Shown: positions 1-8,715 of the stretch, piece after piece
How positions within the stretch are numbered: the stretch's first letter is position 1
Layout of the letters: each line of letters opens with the position of its first letter
Source: an uncultured Acidimicrobiia bacterium
Lineage (GTDB): Bacteria > Actinomycetota > Acidimicrobiia > IMCC26256 > JAENVU01
DNA length: 64,000 bases
Direction of reading: 5' to 3'
Assembly: GCA_963701625.1 (NCBI GenBank)
Contig: CAVPAT010000013.1
Location: 611,215 to 675,214, forward strand
Notes under the pieces: generated by a model
What the model was told of the DNA's origin: nothing
Databases searched by the model: none
The model's input: the letters and a program-made list of their open reading frames with translations, nothing else
Made by a program: the position numbers and the translations under genes

Positions 1-276
1 CGCCCACTGCTCCCGCAGTGGTGTCTCCCAGTCCGTGATCGCATCGGAGAGTCCGATCCCCCGCCGGTCGAACACGATCAGACGACCGAGGCCCGCCAGT
101 CCCTCCAAGAGCCGACGGGCGAGTGGATCGTCGGGCAGCGACTCCATCGGGAAGAAGAACCCGTTGACCATGACGATCTCGATATCGCTCGCGGGATCGC
201 CCACATACTCCCGGTAGGCGATGTGATGCTCGCCTGCCCGCGCGTACCGGATCTCGCTGCGCTCGACCACGCCCAA
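1..276 (-). CDS. LipJ-like alpha/beta-hydrolase + class III adenylate cyclase fusion, N-terminal fragment (paralog A); continues past the left edge
   Basis: Reverse strand from TTG at 276 reads MGVVERSEIRYARAGEHHIAYREYVGDPASDI... This closely matches (about 85% by eye) the N-terminus of ORF 4179..5507. The same roughly 45-nt leader lies between the start codon and a tRNA-Thr core repeat. Confidence 0.6.
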   Translation of the reverse strand, partial: MGVVERSEIRYARAGEHHIAYREYVGDPASDIEIVMVNGFFFPMESLPDDPLARRLLEGLAGLGRLIVFDRRGIGLSDAITDWETPLREQWA

Positions 277-321
277 GAACTAGCCGCGCACCGAGCGCGA
301 CCGCCACTCTTGCGATGGAGT

Positions 322-405
322 TGGAGCCGGGAAGGAGATCCGAACTCCTGACCCGCTCATGACGAGCAAGGTCACACCGAGCGCTGTGCTAGCCACCGAA
401 ACCCC
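322..405 (-). pseudogene. tRNA-Thr(CGU)-derived pseudo-tRNA / att-like repeat (copy 1)
   Basis: Positions 322-366 match the 45-nt 3' half of the intact tRNA-Thr (anticodon loop to CCA) at 42/45. The 5' half is degenerate and I could not fold a canonical acceptor/D-arm. The anticodon loop CTCGTCA has a pyrimidine at position 37. Confidence 0.5.
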
Positions 406-491
406 AGTTCACGCTCGAGCGTCGGACCCATAGTTATCTCCTGTAGCGACGCTCGTCGATCGGGCGCACCGGTAAGACCGACTTCCGATCA

Positions 492-1838
492 TCACGGGTG
501 CACTGCGAACAGGTGCCATGAATCGGGGATTCCCTTGAGCGCCTGTTCACCTCGATCCTCGAAACCGATGCCAGAACCGGCAACCAAGTCTGTGACGGTG
601 CGCGACACCAGAACTTCTCGGGGTGCCGCGTGGGCCCCGACGCGGGCAGCGATATGAACCGCGACGCCAGCGATATCGTCCCCTCGACGCTCGCACTCAC
701 CCGTGTGCAATCCGGCTCGTACCTCCAATCCAACGCCTTGAGCCGCACGGACGATCCCGGTGGCGCAGTCGATCGCGCGCGCCGGGCCGTCGAAGCAGGC
801 GAGAAACCCATCTCCGGTCGTCTTGATCTCGCGCCCGCCGAACCGGTGGAGTTCGTTGCGAACACTCTGATCGTGGGTATCGAGGAGCTCCCGCCATCGA
901 CGGTCGCCGACTTCAACCGCGCGTTCGGTCGAACCAACGATGTCGGTGAACAGCACCGTCGTGAGGAAGCGATCGCTCGTCGGCATCGGACGCTGCCCCG
1001 TGAGGAACTCGGCGACGGCTCCGATCACCGGACCGTGGTCGCCAGCGAAGAGATGCGAATCGGAGCCAGGGACCCGGACAAGGCGTGACCCGGGGATGTG
1101 GTCAACCAGGTACTGCGTACGGTCGAGCGCGTTCGCATCCATGGTCGTCGAGCCTTCACTGGTCAAGACCAGCGTCGGCATGGAAATCAACGGCAGCGCG
1201 TCGCGGGCGTCAAGCTCACTGAAGATGTGGTGAAACTGCGCGGCGGCAACCCGGGGAGTTGCGGCGGCACGCATGAGTCGGGCCAGCGCATCGACGTCAC
1301 CACGCTTCCTCGCGAGGCTCGGCATGCTTGCCTCGATCAGCTCCGGCTTTCCCCACAGCAGCTCGATGGCCTCCACCAGTGCTTCGGCCTCGGCTGTGGT
1401 CGTCCCGACGGGGTAGTCGTCGGCCGCGCCGAACCGCGCTGAGGTGTTCCCGAGTATCAGCGCGCTGACACGCTCAGGATGCGCGGCAGCAAAAAGCAGG
1501 CCCATGGGCCCAGCCTCGGCTTCCGCGAACAGTGCGCACCGCTGCGCCCCCACGGCGTCCAGGACCGCGAGGACGTCGAGGTTCCATTCTTCCCACGTGG
1601 GGAATCGTCCCAGCGGCATCCGCTCGGACGCGCCACTGCCGCGACGGTCGAACAGGATCACCCGACTGAACTCGGCCAGGCGCCGGATGAAGCCCGCTTC
1701 CGAGGCGACGTCCCATTGAAGATCGATGTGACAGAACCCGTGATGAAACAGGAGGTCGATCGGACCATCGCCGACAACTTGATAGGCCACCTGCGCGTCG
1801 CCGACCGTCACGTATCGCGTCTCGGGTTGCGCCATCAC
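492..1838 (-). CDS. alpha/beta-hydrolase + class III adenylate/guanylate cyclase fusion (LipJ-like, paralog B)
   Basis: 448-aa ORF. The N-terminal half has an alpha/beta-hydrolase fold (LLFHHGF, FDRRGSG). The C-terminal half has a cyclase catalytic core (FTDIVGSTE...IKTTGDGFLACF...GLHTGE...GVAVHIAARV). Confidence 0.85.
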   Translation of the reverse strand: MMAQPETRYVTVGDAQVAYQVVGDGPIDLLFHHGFCHIDLQWDVASEAGFIRRLAEFSRVILFDRRGSGASERMPLGRFPTWEEWNLDVLAVLDAVGAQRCALFAEAEAGPMGLLFAAAHPERVSALILGNTSARFGAADDYPVGTTTAEAEALVEAIELLWGKPELIEASMPSLARKRGDVDALARLMRAAATPRVAAAQFHHIFSELDARDALPLISMPTLVLTSEGSTTMDANALDRTQYLVDHIPGSRLVRVPGSDSHLFAGDHGPVIGAVAEFLTGQRPMPTSDRFLTTVLFTDIVGSTERAVEVGDRRWRELLDTHDQSVRNELHRFGGREIKTTGDGFLACFDGPARAIDCATGIVRAAQGVGLEVRAGLHTGECERRGDDIAGVAVHIAARVGAHAAPREVLVSRTVTDLVAGSGIGFEDRGEQALKGIPDSWHLFAVHP

Positions 1839-1930
1839 CGAGGATTCTTGCCGATGAGGCGCGGCTGGCAGCTACGACAACGCGAGTGGACCATCAAATC
1901 CTGGACTGGCACCCCGAACTCCGACCGCGA

Positions 1931-2824
1931 TCAAGCCGTCGCGGTGCGGTCGAAAAACTCGGACGCGAGGCGCGTGACGTCGTCGATCGCATCCCAGGCA
2001 GGCGCCAGATGCGTCGCAGGGAGATGCACGACCTCGACGCGCGGATTCTCGGCAACGAGCCCATCGAGTTCACGATCGAGCACCGAGGGCGCGCCCGACT
2101 GGTCGCACCGAACGATCAACGTCGGGCAGCGAACGCCTCGATACATCCGCAGGATGTCCGTTTGACCGCCGTCGGCGAAGCCGCCTTCGAAGAGCAACCG
2201 GCTCGGGTGACGACGAAATCTCCCCTCGCCGATATCGACCAGGTTTCGCTCTGCCATCTCGCGCCCGTTCGGAGCGGTGTAGCCGATCTGCGGGAAGATG
2301 GCCGTGATCGCCTCGACCTGCGCATCGCGCCACGCCCGGTCACCAGTCTCGGGCGGTGCCGTCATCGCCCAGAAGGCTGCCTTCATACCGGCCTGGAATC
2401 CGGCGAACTCCTCGAGATCCTGATCGCTGCCGAGCGTCGGCATTCCTGGCCCGAAGCCGTCGATACTCACGACCCGCGCCTCGGCATGGAGCGACCCGTA
2501 CCAGCCTGCGACGAACCCACCCATGGAGTGGCCGACGAGATCAACCGCGCCGAGTCCGAGCGTCGATACGACCGACTCGACGTCGCGGCGGGCATCGTCC
2601 CAACTGAACGACTCGGGTGTTCCCGACTGGCCGCATGCGCGCAGATCGAACGAAACCGTGGTTCGCTCCGAGCCGAGTCGCTCTGCGAACTGGCTCATCG
2701 ACACGAGGTTCGCACCGCCGCCGTGCAGCAACACCAGCGGTCGACCAGCGCCCCGCGAGTGCACCCGGTACGCAAGCGCGATGCCATCGTGTGCTTCGAG
2801 CGTGCCGTCCTCGACTGTCGTCAT
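1931..2824 (-). CDS. alpha/beta hydrolase
   Basis: 297-aa ORF with LVLLHGGG and the nucleophile elbow GHSMGG. Confidence 0.8.
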   Translation of the reverse strand: MTTVEDGTLEAHDGIALAYRVHSRGAGRPLVLLHGGGANLVSMSQFAERLGSERTTVSFDLRACGQSGTPESFSWDDARRDVESVVSTLGLGAVDLVGHSMGGFVAGWYGSLHAEARVVSIDGFGPGMPTLGSDQDLEEFAGFQAGMKAAFWAMTAPPETGDRAWRDAQVEAITAIFPQIGYTAPNGREMAERNLVDIGEGRFRRHPSRLLFEGGFADGGQTDILRMYRGVRCPTLIVRCDQSGAPSVLDRELDGLVAENPRVEVVHLPATHLAPAWDAIDDVTRLASEFFDRTATA

Positions 2825-3103
2825 CGATCGAGTCTCCTCGACGGTCGATGTTCACGCAATCACCGCTGCGGTCAGGCGGACGACGAGTTGCCAGTCACCG
2901 TCGATGCCTTTGAGGCTCGCGGCACCCCCGGGGCAACGGTCTCGCCGGCAGCCGCCCAGGGTGACTATCTCGCTGACGACCAAGGCATCACCCGACCGAG
3001 CCGTGTCCCTGCGCACGGAACCGCATTTGATGTCGCGCGGGAAAGGGAGCGATCAGTCGTGCGGGCCCTGGATTGATCGCGTCCGCCCCTGCATACTGGG
3101 ACC

Positions 3104-4003
3104 GTGGAGAGGGCAGCTTACGAAGCGAAGCGATTGGAGTTGTTCGAACGGCATGGCTTTGTCGGTGAGGCTCGTTGGGTTGCTGATTCCGATGGTCGCC
3201 GTACCTGGGTATTGGACCGCGACGGCGACACTCGGCCGACGATCCTCATTCACGGCGGATTGTCGCAGGCAGGCAGCTGGTGCCTGGTCGCAGGCAAGCT
3301 CGACGGGCGCGTGGTGATCCCTGACCGCCCCGGGTGGGGATTGAGCTACCCCTTCGATTACCGGTCAACCGATTTCCGACGGGGCTGCGTCGATTGGCTG
3401 AGCACGGTGGTGGACTCGCTCGGCGCTGACGATGTCGACCTCGTTGGCGCATCGATCGGCGGATACATCTCGGCGTCGTTCGCTCTCGCCCACCCTGACC
3501 GCGTGAATCGCCTCGTATCGATCGGCGCAATACCCGGCCTCCCAGGCAAGATCCCACTTCCGCTTCGCCTGATCGGTACCCCCGCAATCGGTCCGGCGAT
3601 GGCGCGCATCAAGATCACCGATCCGGAGGTGAACCGGAAGCGGATCTTCGCGAACCTGGTCGCGCATCCCGAGAACGTTCCGGTCGAGGTACTGCAGGAT
3701 GACATCGACGCGATGGCACTTCCTGGCGCGGGTCGCACGGGCTACACGATGATGCGCTCGATATGCACGCTCGGTGGATTCCGTCCACGTGTGATGATCG
3801 CCGAGGAGCTGCCCCAGCTCAAGTGTCCGGTGTTGTTCCTGTGGGGCGATTCGGATTCGTTCATGCCGATCGACATCGGGGAACAGGTTGCCAGCCGAAT
3901 GCAGAACGCTCGATTCCACCCCTTGACCGACGCGGGCCACAGCCTCGAGATTGATCAACCCGACGTGGTCGCAGAGCAGGTGCAGACCTTTCTGCACCGG
4001 TGA
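3104..4003 (+). CDS. alpha/beta hydrolase
   Basis: 299-aa ORF with a GTG start. Motifs: ILIHGG, GASIGG, and C-terminal GDSD...AGH. The stop lies 13 nt from pseudo-tRNA copy 2. Confidence 0.8.
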   Translation: MERAAYEAKRLELFERHGFVGEARWVADSDGRRTWVLDRDGDTRPTILIHGGLSQAGSWCLVAGKLDGRVVIPDRPGWGLSYPFDYRSTDFRRGCVDWLSTVVDSLGADDVDLVGASIGGYISASFALAHPDRVNRLVSIGAIPGLPGKIPLPLRLIGTPAIGPAMARIKITDPEVNRKRIFANLVAHPENVPVEVLQDDIDAMALPGAGRTGYTMMRSICTLGGFRPRVMIAEELPQLKCPVLFLWGDSDSFMPIDIGEQVASRMQNARFHPLTDAGHSLEIDQPDVVAEQVQTFLHR

Positions 4004-4016
4004 GGTTGCGACAACG

Positions 4017-4100
4017 TGGAGCCGGGAAGGAGATTCGAACTCCTGACCTGCTCATTACGAGCAAGCACCGCCTGAACGCTGCGCTACCCGACGAAACCCC
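4017..4100 (-). pseudogene. tRNA-Thr(CGU)-derived pseudo-tRNA / att-like repeat (copy 2)
   Basis: Positions 4017-4061 are 45/45 identical to the 3' half of the intact tRNA-Thr (5553-5597). The anticodon stem can still pair using two G-U pairs. The acceptor and D-arm are not canonical, with an apparent 1-nt loss in the acceptor. The 5' half resembles copy 1, not the real tRNA. Confidence 0.5.
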
Positions 4101-4178
4101 AGGTCACGCGCGAGCGTGGAACCCACAGTTGTCTGCTGTAGCGCAGCAATCGAAGGGCACCTCCTACTCCAGAGGAAG

Positions 4179-5507
4179 TCAGACGACCGCTTGGAGCCGC
4201 CAGACGCCATCGACGCCCTTCAGCGTGGTTGTGCCGACCGATGCGAACTCAGCCGAAGCTGCGACGAGTGTCACGACCTCTGACACCAGGATCTGTCCGG
4301 CGCTCGCTTCGCCCATGATCCGGGCCGCCACGTTGACGGCAAGACCCGAGACGTCTGCGCCGCGGCGGTCGATCTCACCGACGTGGATTCCGATGCGCAG
4401 TTCCAGGTCCTGCTCGCCGAGCTGAGCGCGGATGGCCTGGGCGGCTTCGATCGCGCTCGTTGCGGTGGGCATGAGCGCGAGGACGCCGTCGCCGGTGGTC
4501 TTGATCACCTCGCCACCGCGGCGGCCGACAGCCGTCCGGTTCACCTCATCATGACGGTCGAGGAGCGTCTTCCACCCCGCGTCGCCGGTCGCTTCCGCCC
4601 GCCTGGTCGAGCCGACCAGGTCGGTGAACAGGATGACTGCCACCTGGCGCTCCGGCGCAGGAAGGTGGACATGACCAGTGACCCACCGGGAGATTTCGGA
4701 AATGACCTGGTCCACCCCGACCCCGAACGGCAGCCCGTCACCGTCCCCCAACGCCACGTGCGTCGCGTCCGGGATCTGCCTCGGTGCACGCTCGAAGTAC
4801 TCCCCCGGAACCACCCAATCCCGTGAGGTGCGCGTGAGGACGAGGGTCGGCGTCGTCACCGTGGCGTTGTCGAATGGCGGGTCCGAGAGGCCCATCTTGT
4901 TCAATCGCGCAGCCATGCTGGGGCTCGCTCCGGCCCGGCCCGCCGCATCGTTCCATTCCCGGAAGGCCGGATCGTCCGCCCGGTTCGGTGCGATAGCCCC
5001 ACCAGACTTCTCCGGCCCCTCCCCTGCCAGGAGGAGCCGCTGGCCTTCGGCGAACTGTGCCACCCACCCCATGTCGTCCTCGGTGATCGGTGCACCGGGG
5101 TTCCACAGGACCATCCGACCGATGAGCTCCGGGTACCGGACCGAACAGGTCCGGGCCACCGCGGCGCTGTGCCAGCTGAACACCGTCGGCCGGTCACACG
5201 CTGCCGCGTCGATCACCGCCTCCAGATCGTCCGCCCACTGCTCACACAACGGCGTGTCCCAATCCGACACCGGGTCCGAGAGGCCGATCCCGCGACGGTC
5301 GAACACGACGAGCCGACCGAGCCCGGCCAGACCCTCCAGGAGCCGGTTCGCGATCGGATCATCCGGGAGCGACTCCATCGGAAAGAACGCGCCGTTGACC
5401 ATGACGATCTCGACGTCACTCGACGGATCGCCCACATACTCCCGGTAGGCGATGTGATGCTCGCCTGCCCGCGCGTACCTGATCTCGCTGCGCTCGACCA
5501 CACCCAA
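4179..5507 (-). CDS. alpha/beta-hydrolase + class III adenylate/guanylate cyclase fusion (LipJ-like, paralog C)
   Basis: 442-aa ORF with a TTG start at 5507 (GTG at 5501 is an alternative). Hydrolase-like N-terminus (FDRRGIGLSD). Cyclase core FTDLVGSTR...IKTTGDGVLALM...GIHVGE...GLAVNVAARI. Confidence 0.85.
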   Translation of the reverse strand: MGVVERSEIRYARAGEHHIAYREYVGDPSSDVEIVMVNGAFFPMESLPDDPIANRLLEGLAGLGRLVVFDRRGIGLSDPVSDWDTPLCEQWADDLEAVIDAAACDRPTVFSWHSAAVARTCSVRYPELIGRMVLWNPGAPITEDDMGWVAQFAEGQRLLLAGEGPEKSGGAIAPNRADDPAFREWNDAAGRAGASPSMAARLNKMGLSDPPFDNATVTTPTLVLTRTSRDWVVPGEYFERAPRQIPDATHVALGDGDGLPFGVGVDQVISEISRWVTGHVHLPAPERQVAVILFTDLVGSTRRAEATGDAGWKTLLDRHDEVNRTAVGRRGGEVIKTTGDGVLALMPTATSAIEAAQAIRAQLGEQDLELRIGIHVGEIDRRGADVSGLAVNVAARIMGEASAGQILVSEVVTLVAASAEFASVGTTTLKGVDGVWRLQAVV

Positions 5508-5552
5508 GAACTAGCCGCGCACCACGCGCAACCGCCACTCTCACGACGGAGT

Positions 5553-5628
5553 TGGAGCCGGGAAGGAGATTCGAACTCCTGACCTGCTCATTACGAGTGA
5601 GCTGCTCTGCCGACTGAGCTATCCCGGC
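5553..5628 (-). tRNA. tRNA-Thr (anticodon CGU)
   Basis: 76 nt, hand-folded: GCCGGGA TA GCTC AGTCGGCA GAGC A GCTCA CTCGTAA TGAGC AGGTC AGGAG TTCGAAT CTCCT TCCCGGC T CCA. All four stems are Watson-Crick and CCA is encoded. Confidence 0.93.
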
Positions 5629-5761
5629 GGGGTCGGGCAGTGTACCCAAGGCCCAGCGCGCCCCCGGGCTTCAGGGTTCGGGATTTCTCGCGCCGCGCCC
5701 GACCGTAGGCTCGGCCACGGAGGCGCGCGTTCGGGCCCGACTGGTGAAGTGACCGCGCGGC

Positions 5762-6758
5762 CTACGCCACCGCTGGAAGCTGCGACACCAGGTGCAGCAA
5801 CAGCGGGCCGACCGCCGGGTTGAACTCGTCGGCCTGCCGGGCGGCGCGGCACGCATCGAGCGCGTCCGCAGCACGGTCGACGGCGACCGGCGGCGCGTCG
5901 TCACGGCCGGCGAGCACATCGAGATAGGACGACTCCATCGCGGCGATGGACTCCATCAGCGCGTCGGTCTTGGCGCGCTTCAGCTCCTGTTTGTGACGTT
6001 CCACCATTCGGCGCCGCATCGACGTTGCCGTCCGCGGCGGATACCCCCGAGCTTCGATCTCGGCTTCGAGCGTCTCGAGTTCCTGCGCGGCCGCGACCTC
6101 GGCAGCGGCGCCGGCGGCCTCCAGCGCGGCCTCGAGGTCTTCCACGATTGCGACAGTCGTTGCGGCGCGTCCGTCGACGCGAGTCACTGCGGCCGCGAAC
6201 ACGGCACGCGTCGCGTCGATCGCCTCGGTCCGAACCGGCGCGGCGTAACCGAAGTCGATCCGCTGACATCGAGAACGGATCGTGGGCAGCAGAGACTCCG
6301 GCCGGTCCGTCAGCAACACGATGATCGTGCGGGGCGGCGGTTCTTCGATGCTCTTGAGCAACATGTTCCCAGCAGTGGGCTCGAGCCGATCCGCTTCGTG
6401 CAGCATCACGACCTTCCGGTCGGCTTCGACCGGCGCCTTGTGGATTTCGGGTATCACCCGGGGAAGAGCCGCGTCCGCGTCGCGCGCTCTCCCCAGCCCG
6501 AGGGGCGCGGATCTCGTTCGCCAACGTGTACTGGCTCGTCGTGGGTTCGAACTCCACCACATCGGGGTGCGTGCCCCGTTGCACCAGGCCGCGGGACCGG
6601 TCGTCGGTGACGCCGATCACGTCCGCGGCAAAGGCCCGAGCCGCCACGGCGATGCCGGAACCGCGGGAGCCGACGAGAAGGTATGCGTGCGACGGTCGGG
6701 CCGCGGCGGCGCGAAGCGAAGCGATTGCAGCTTCCTGGCCGACGATGTCCTCCCACAT
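5762..6758 (-). CDS. holB: DNA polymerase III subunit delta' (apparent frameshift)
   Basis: The N-terminus MWEDIVGQEAAIASLRAAAARPSHAYLLVGSRGSG comes from the frame of ORF 5901..6854, with ATG at 6758. The remainder (KVVMLHEADRLEPTAGNMLLKSIEEPPPRTIIVLLT...SRCQRI) is in the frame of ORF 5762..6562. The frames switch near the C4 run at 6502-6505. Confidence 0.85.
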
Positions 6759-6769
6759 AAGCGCGGATC

Positions 6770-7375
6770 CTATGGGGACAGCATCGGCTCGACCGCGGCG
6801 ATGACCCGGACCGCAACCGTGGCCGCTTCCCCGTTGCCGTCGACGATCTCCCACCCTCGCGCGATGGCCAGATCCCGGTAGGCCGCACGAACCGCTCGAT
6901 GGAAATCGACACCTTCTCGTTCCAGGCGATCCGACCCGCCCGAGCGGCGTGCCTCCGCGACGTCGTCGTCCACGTCGAGCACGATCACGAGATCGGGGGC
7001 GAGACCGCCGGCAGCGAACGCGGAGAGCGCCGCCACCTGGTCAATGCCGAGGTCTCGAACAACTCCCTGATACACGAGCGACGAAGGAACGTGCCGGTCG
7101 CTCAGCACCCACGCTCCCCGCGCGAGTGCGGGCCTCACCACCTCCGCGAGGTGCTGGGCCCGATCTGCCGCCATCAACAACGCCTCCGCGCGATCGTCGA
7201 TGGCGGCCCCGTCGAGCAGCAAGGCGCGGACCGCGATTCCAAGGTCCGTCCCACCGGGCTCTCGGGTCTCCACCACGTCGATGCCGCGGTCGTGCAACCA
7301 GGTTGCGAGCCGTCGGAGCTGCGTCGACTTTCCCGAGCCGTCGCCACCTTCGAGCACGACGAACCGACCGGTCAC
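6770..7375 (-). CDS. tmk: thymidylate kinase
   Basis: GRFVVLEGGDGSGKSTQ P-loop and ETREPGGT motif. The probable GTG start at 7375 forms a GTGA overlap with the stop of the upstream MFS gene. The ORF track starts earlier, at 7462. Confidence 0.85.
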   Translation of the reverse strand: MTGRFVVLEGGDGSGKSTQLRRLATWLHDRGIDVVETREPGGTDLGIAVRALLLDGAAIDDRAEALLMAADRAQHLAEVVRPALARGAWVLSDRHVPSSLVYQGVVRDLGIDQVAALSAFAAGGLAPDLVIVLDVDDDVAEARRSGGSDRLEREGVDFHRAVRAAYRDLAIARGWEIVDGNGEAATVAVRVIAAVEPMLSP

Positions 7376-8715
7376 GACTCGTCCCCTGCATCCTCGGTCC
7401 CTGGCGTCGGTGCAGGCGCCGTCTCCCCTGCGTCCACTGCGGTCCTTGCGGGCTGGGTGCACGGGTGGCTCGCGGCGTCGCCGTACACGGCATGGAACCG
7501 CTGCAGCGAGCGTCGCGAGTACAACCCGGCCATGATCGTGAGAATTCCGCCGCCCCAGAGCGCGAGCCGCACCCCGGGGAAGGTGTAGGCGAACCCACCC
7601 GCCTGCACATTCTGCGACACCGACGACACGTGGAAGATCCAGTCGAACAGATCTGCGAACAACGGCGACACGATGAGTGACAGCAGCAGACAGAGCCGGA
7701 CGACCGCGTAGAGCGTCGCGAAGGTCCGGCCCCGCATCTCGTCGCTGACGTTCTCCTGAATCAAGGTGAAGCCGGTGACGTACGCGGTCGCCGCGCAGGC
7801 TCCGACCATCGCGATCAACAGCGCGCTGATCCCGCCGACGTTGAATGAAACGGCGCCGATGAGGAATGCACCTACCCCGATGACCGCCATCGAGAACAAC
7901 TGGTCACGCGGCAGGCGCTTCTGAAGCGCGAGGACACCAAAGATGCCGATGGCCGCGCCGGTGCCGAGCGCGGCGAGTTGCACGCCGTACTGCGCGGTCG
8001 AGCCGAGCACTTCCGACGCGAAGACGGTACCGAGCGGGACCATCGCGCCCGCGCCGATGATCCCGCCGCCGAGGCCGACGATCACGGCGCGGCTGAAGGG
8101 CTCCGATCGCATGAACCGGAACCCGTCGCCGACTTCCCGGATGCTGGACGTGAGATCGAGCTTGTGCTCGCCGTCACGAGTCGGCTTCGGAATCGGAAGA
8201 CGGACCACGAGAATTGCGGACACGACATAGGTGATCGCGTCGAACCAGAGTGCGACGACATCGTTGTTCACCTCGAGCGAGTGCAGCGCCTCGAAGCCGC
8301 CGAGCCAGGTTGCGACCACGGCGAGGGCAGCCGCGATCGCCGCGCCCACGGGGAACGTCCCGTAGGACGCGACCAGGGACAGGGTGTTGGCGGACGCCAG
8401 GCTCTCCTCGGGCACGAAGTGGGGTACCGACGCGTCCTTGGCCGGCCCCCACAACAGCGTCATGATCTCGATGAAGAACGACGCGACCACGAGCATCCAC
8501 AGGCCGGTGACGAACGGCAACGTGCAGATGATCGCGGCCCGGCCGAGGTCGCAGAGGACCATGATCTTGCGCCGGTCGAACCGGTCGACCATGACGCCGC
8601 CGAGCGTGGCGAGGAAGAACCCGGGGAGCATCCGTGCCCCCATGACCAGGCTGATCGCGGCCGCGGAGTTGTTCGACAGGTTGCTGGTGATCCCCAGGAT
8701 CGCGAAGAGTCCCAC
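7372..8715 (-). CDS. MFS transporter (N-terminus probably extends upstream; see findings)
   Basis: 447-aa multi-TM ORF. The in-frame sequence upstream of the GTG at 8715 still reads as typical MFS TM1 (ESFRLFGSKAFLRLWIAQVFSSLGDW). No ATG, GTG or TTG occurs there before an in-frame TGA. Confidence 0.8.
   Translation of the reverse strand: MGLFAILGITSNLSNNSAAAISLVMGARMLPGFFLATLGGVMVDRFDRRKIMVLCDLGRAAIICTLPFVTGLWMLVVASFFIEIMTLLWGPAKDASVPHFVPEESLASANTLSLVASYGTFPVGAAIAAALAVVATWLGGFEALHSLEVNNDVVALWFDAITYVVSAILVVRLPIPKPTRDGEHKLDLTSSIREVGDGFRFMRSEPFSRAVIVGLGGGIIGAGAMVPLGTVFASEVLGSTAQYGVQLAALGTGAAIGIFGVLALQKRLPRDQLFSMAVIGVGAFLIGAVSFNVGGISALLIAMVGACAATAYVTGFTLIQENVSDEMRGRTFATLYAVVRLCLLLSLIVSPLFADLFDWIFHVSSVSQNVQAGGFAYTFPGVRLALWGGGILTIMAGLYSRRSLQRFHAVYGDAASHPCTQPARTAVDAGETAPAPTPGTEDAGDES

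Noticed and set aside
322-405. The two tRNA-like copies (322-405 and 4017-4100) considered as functional extra tRNA-Thr genes
   Set aside because: Only the 3' 45 nt is conserved. I could not form a canonical 7-bp acceptor stem or a D-arm compatible with the anticodon stem. Copy 1 also has a pyrimidine at position 37 and a weakened anticodon stem. I treat them as pseudo-tRNA / att-like repeats pending covariance-model scoring.
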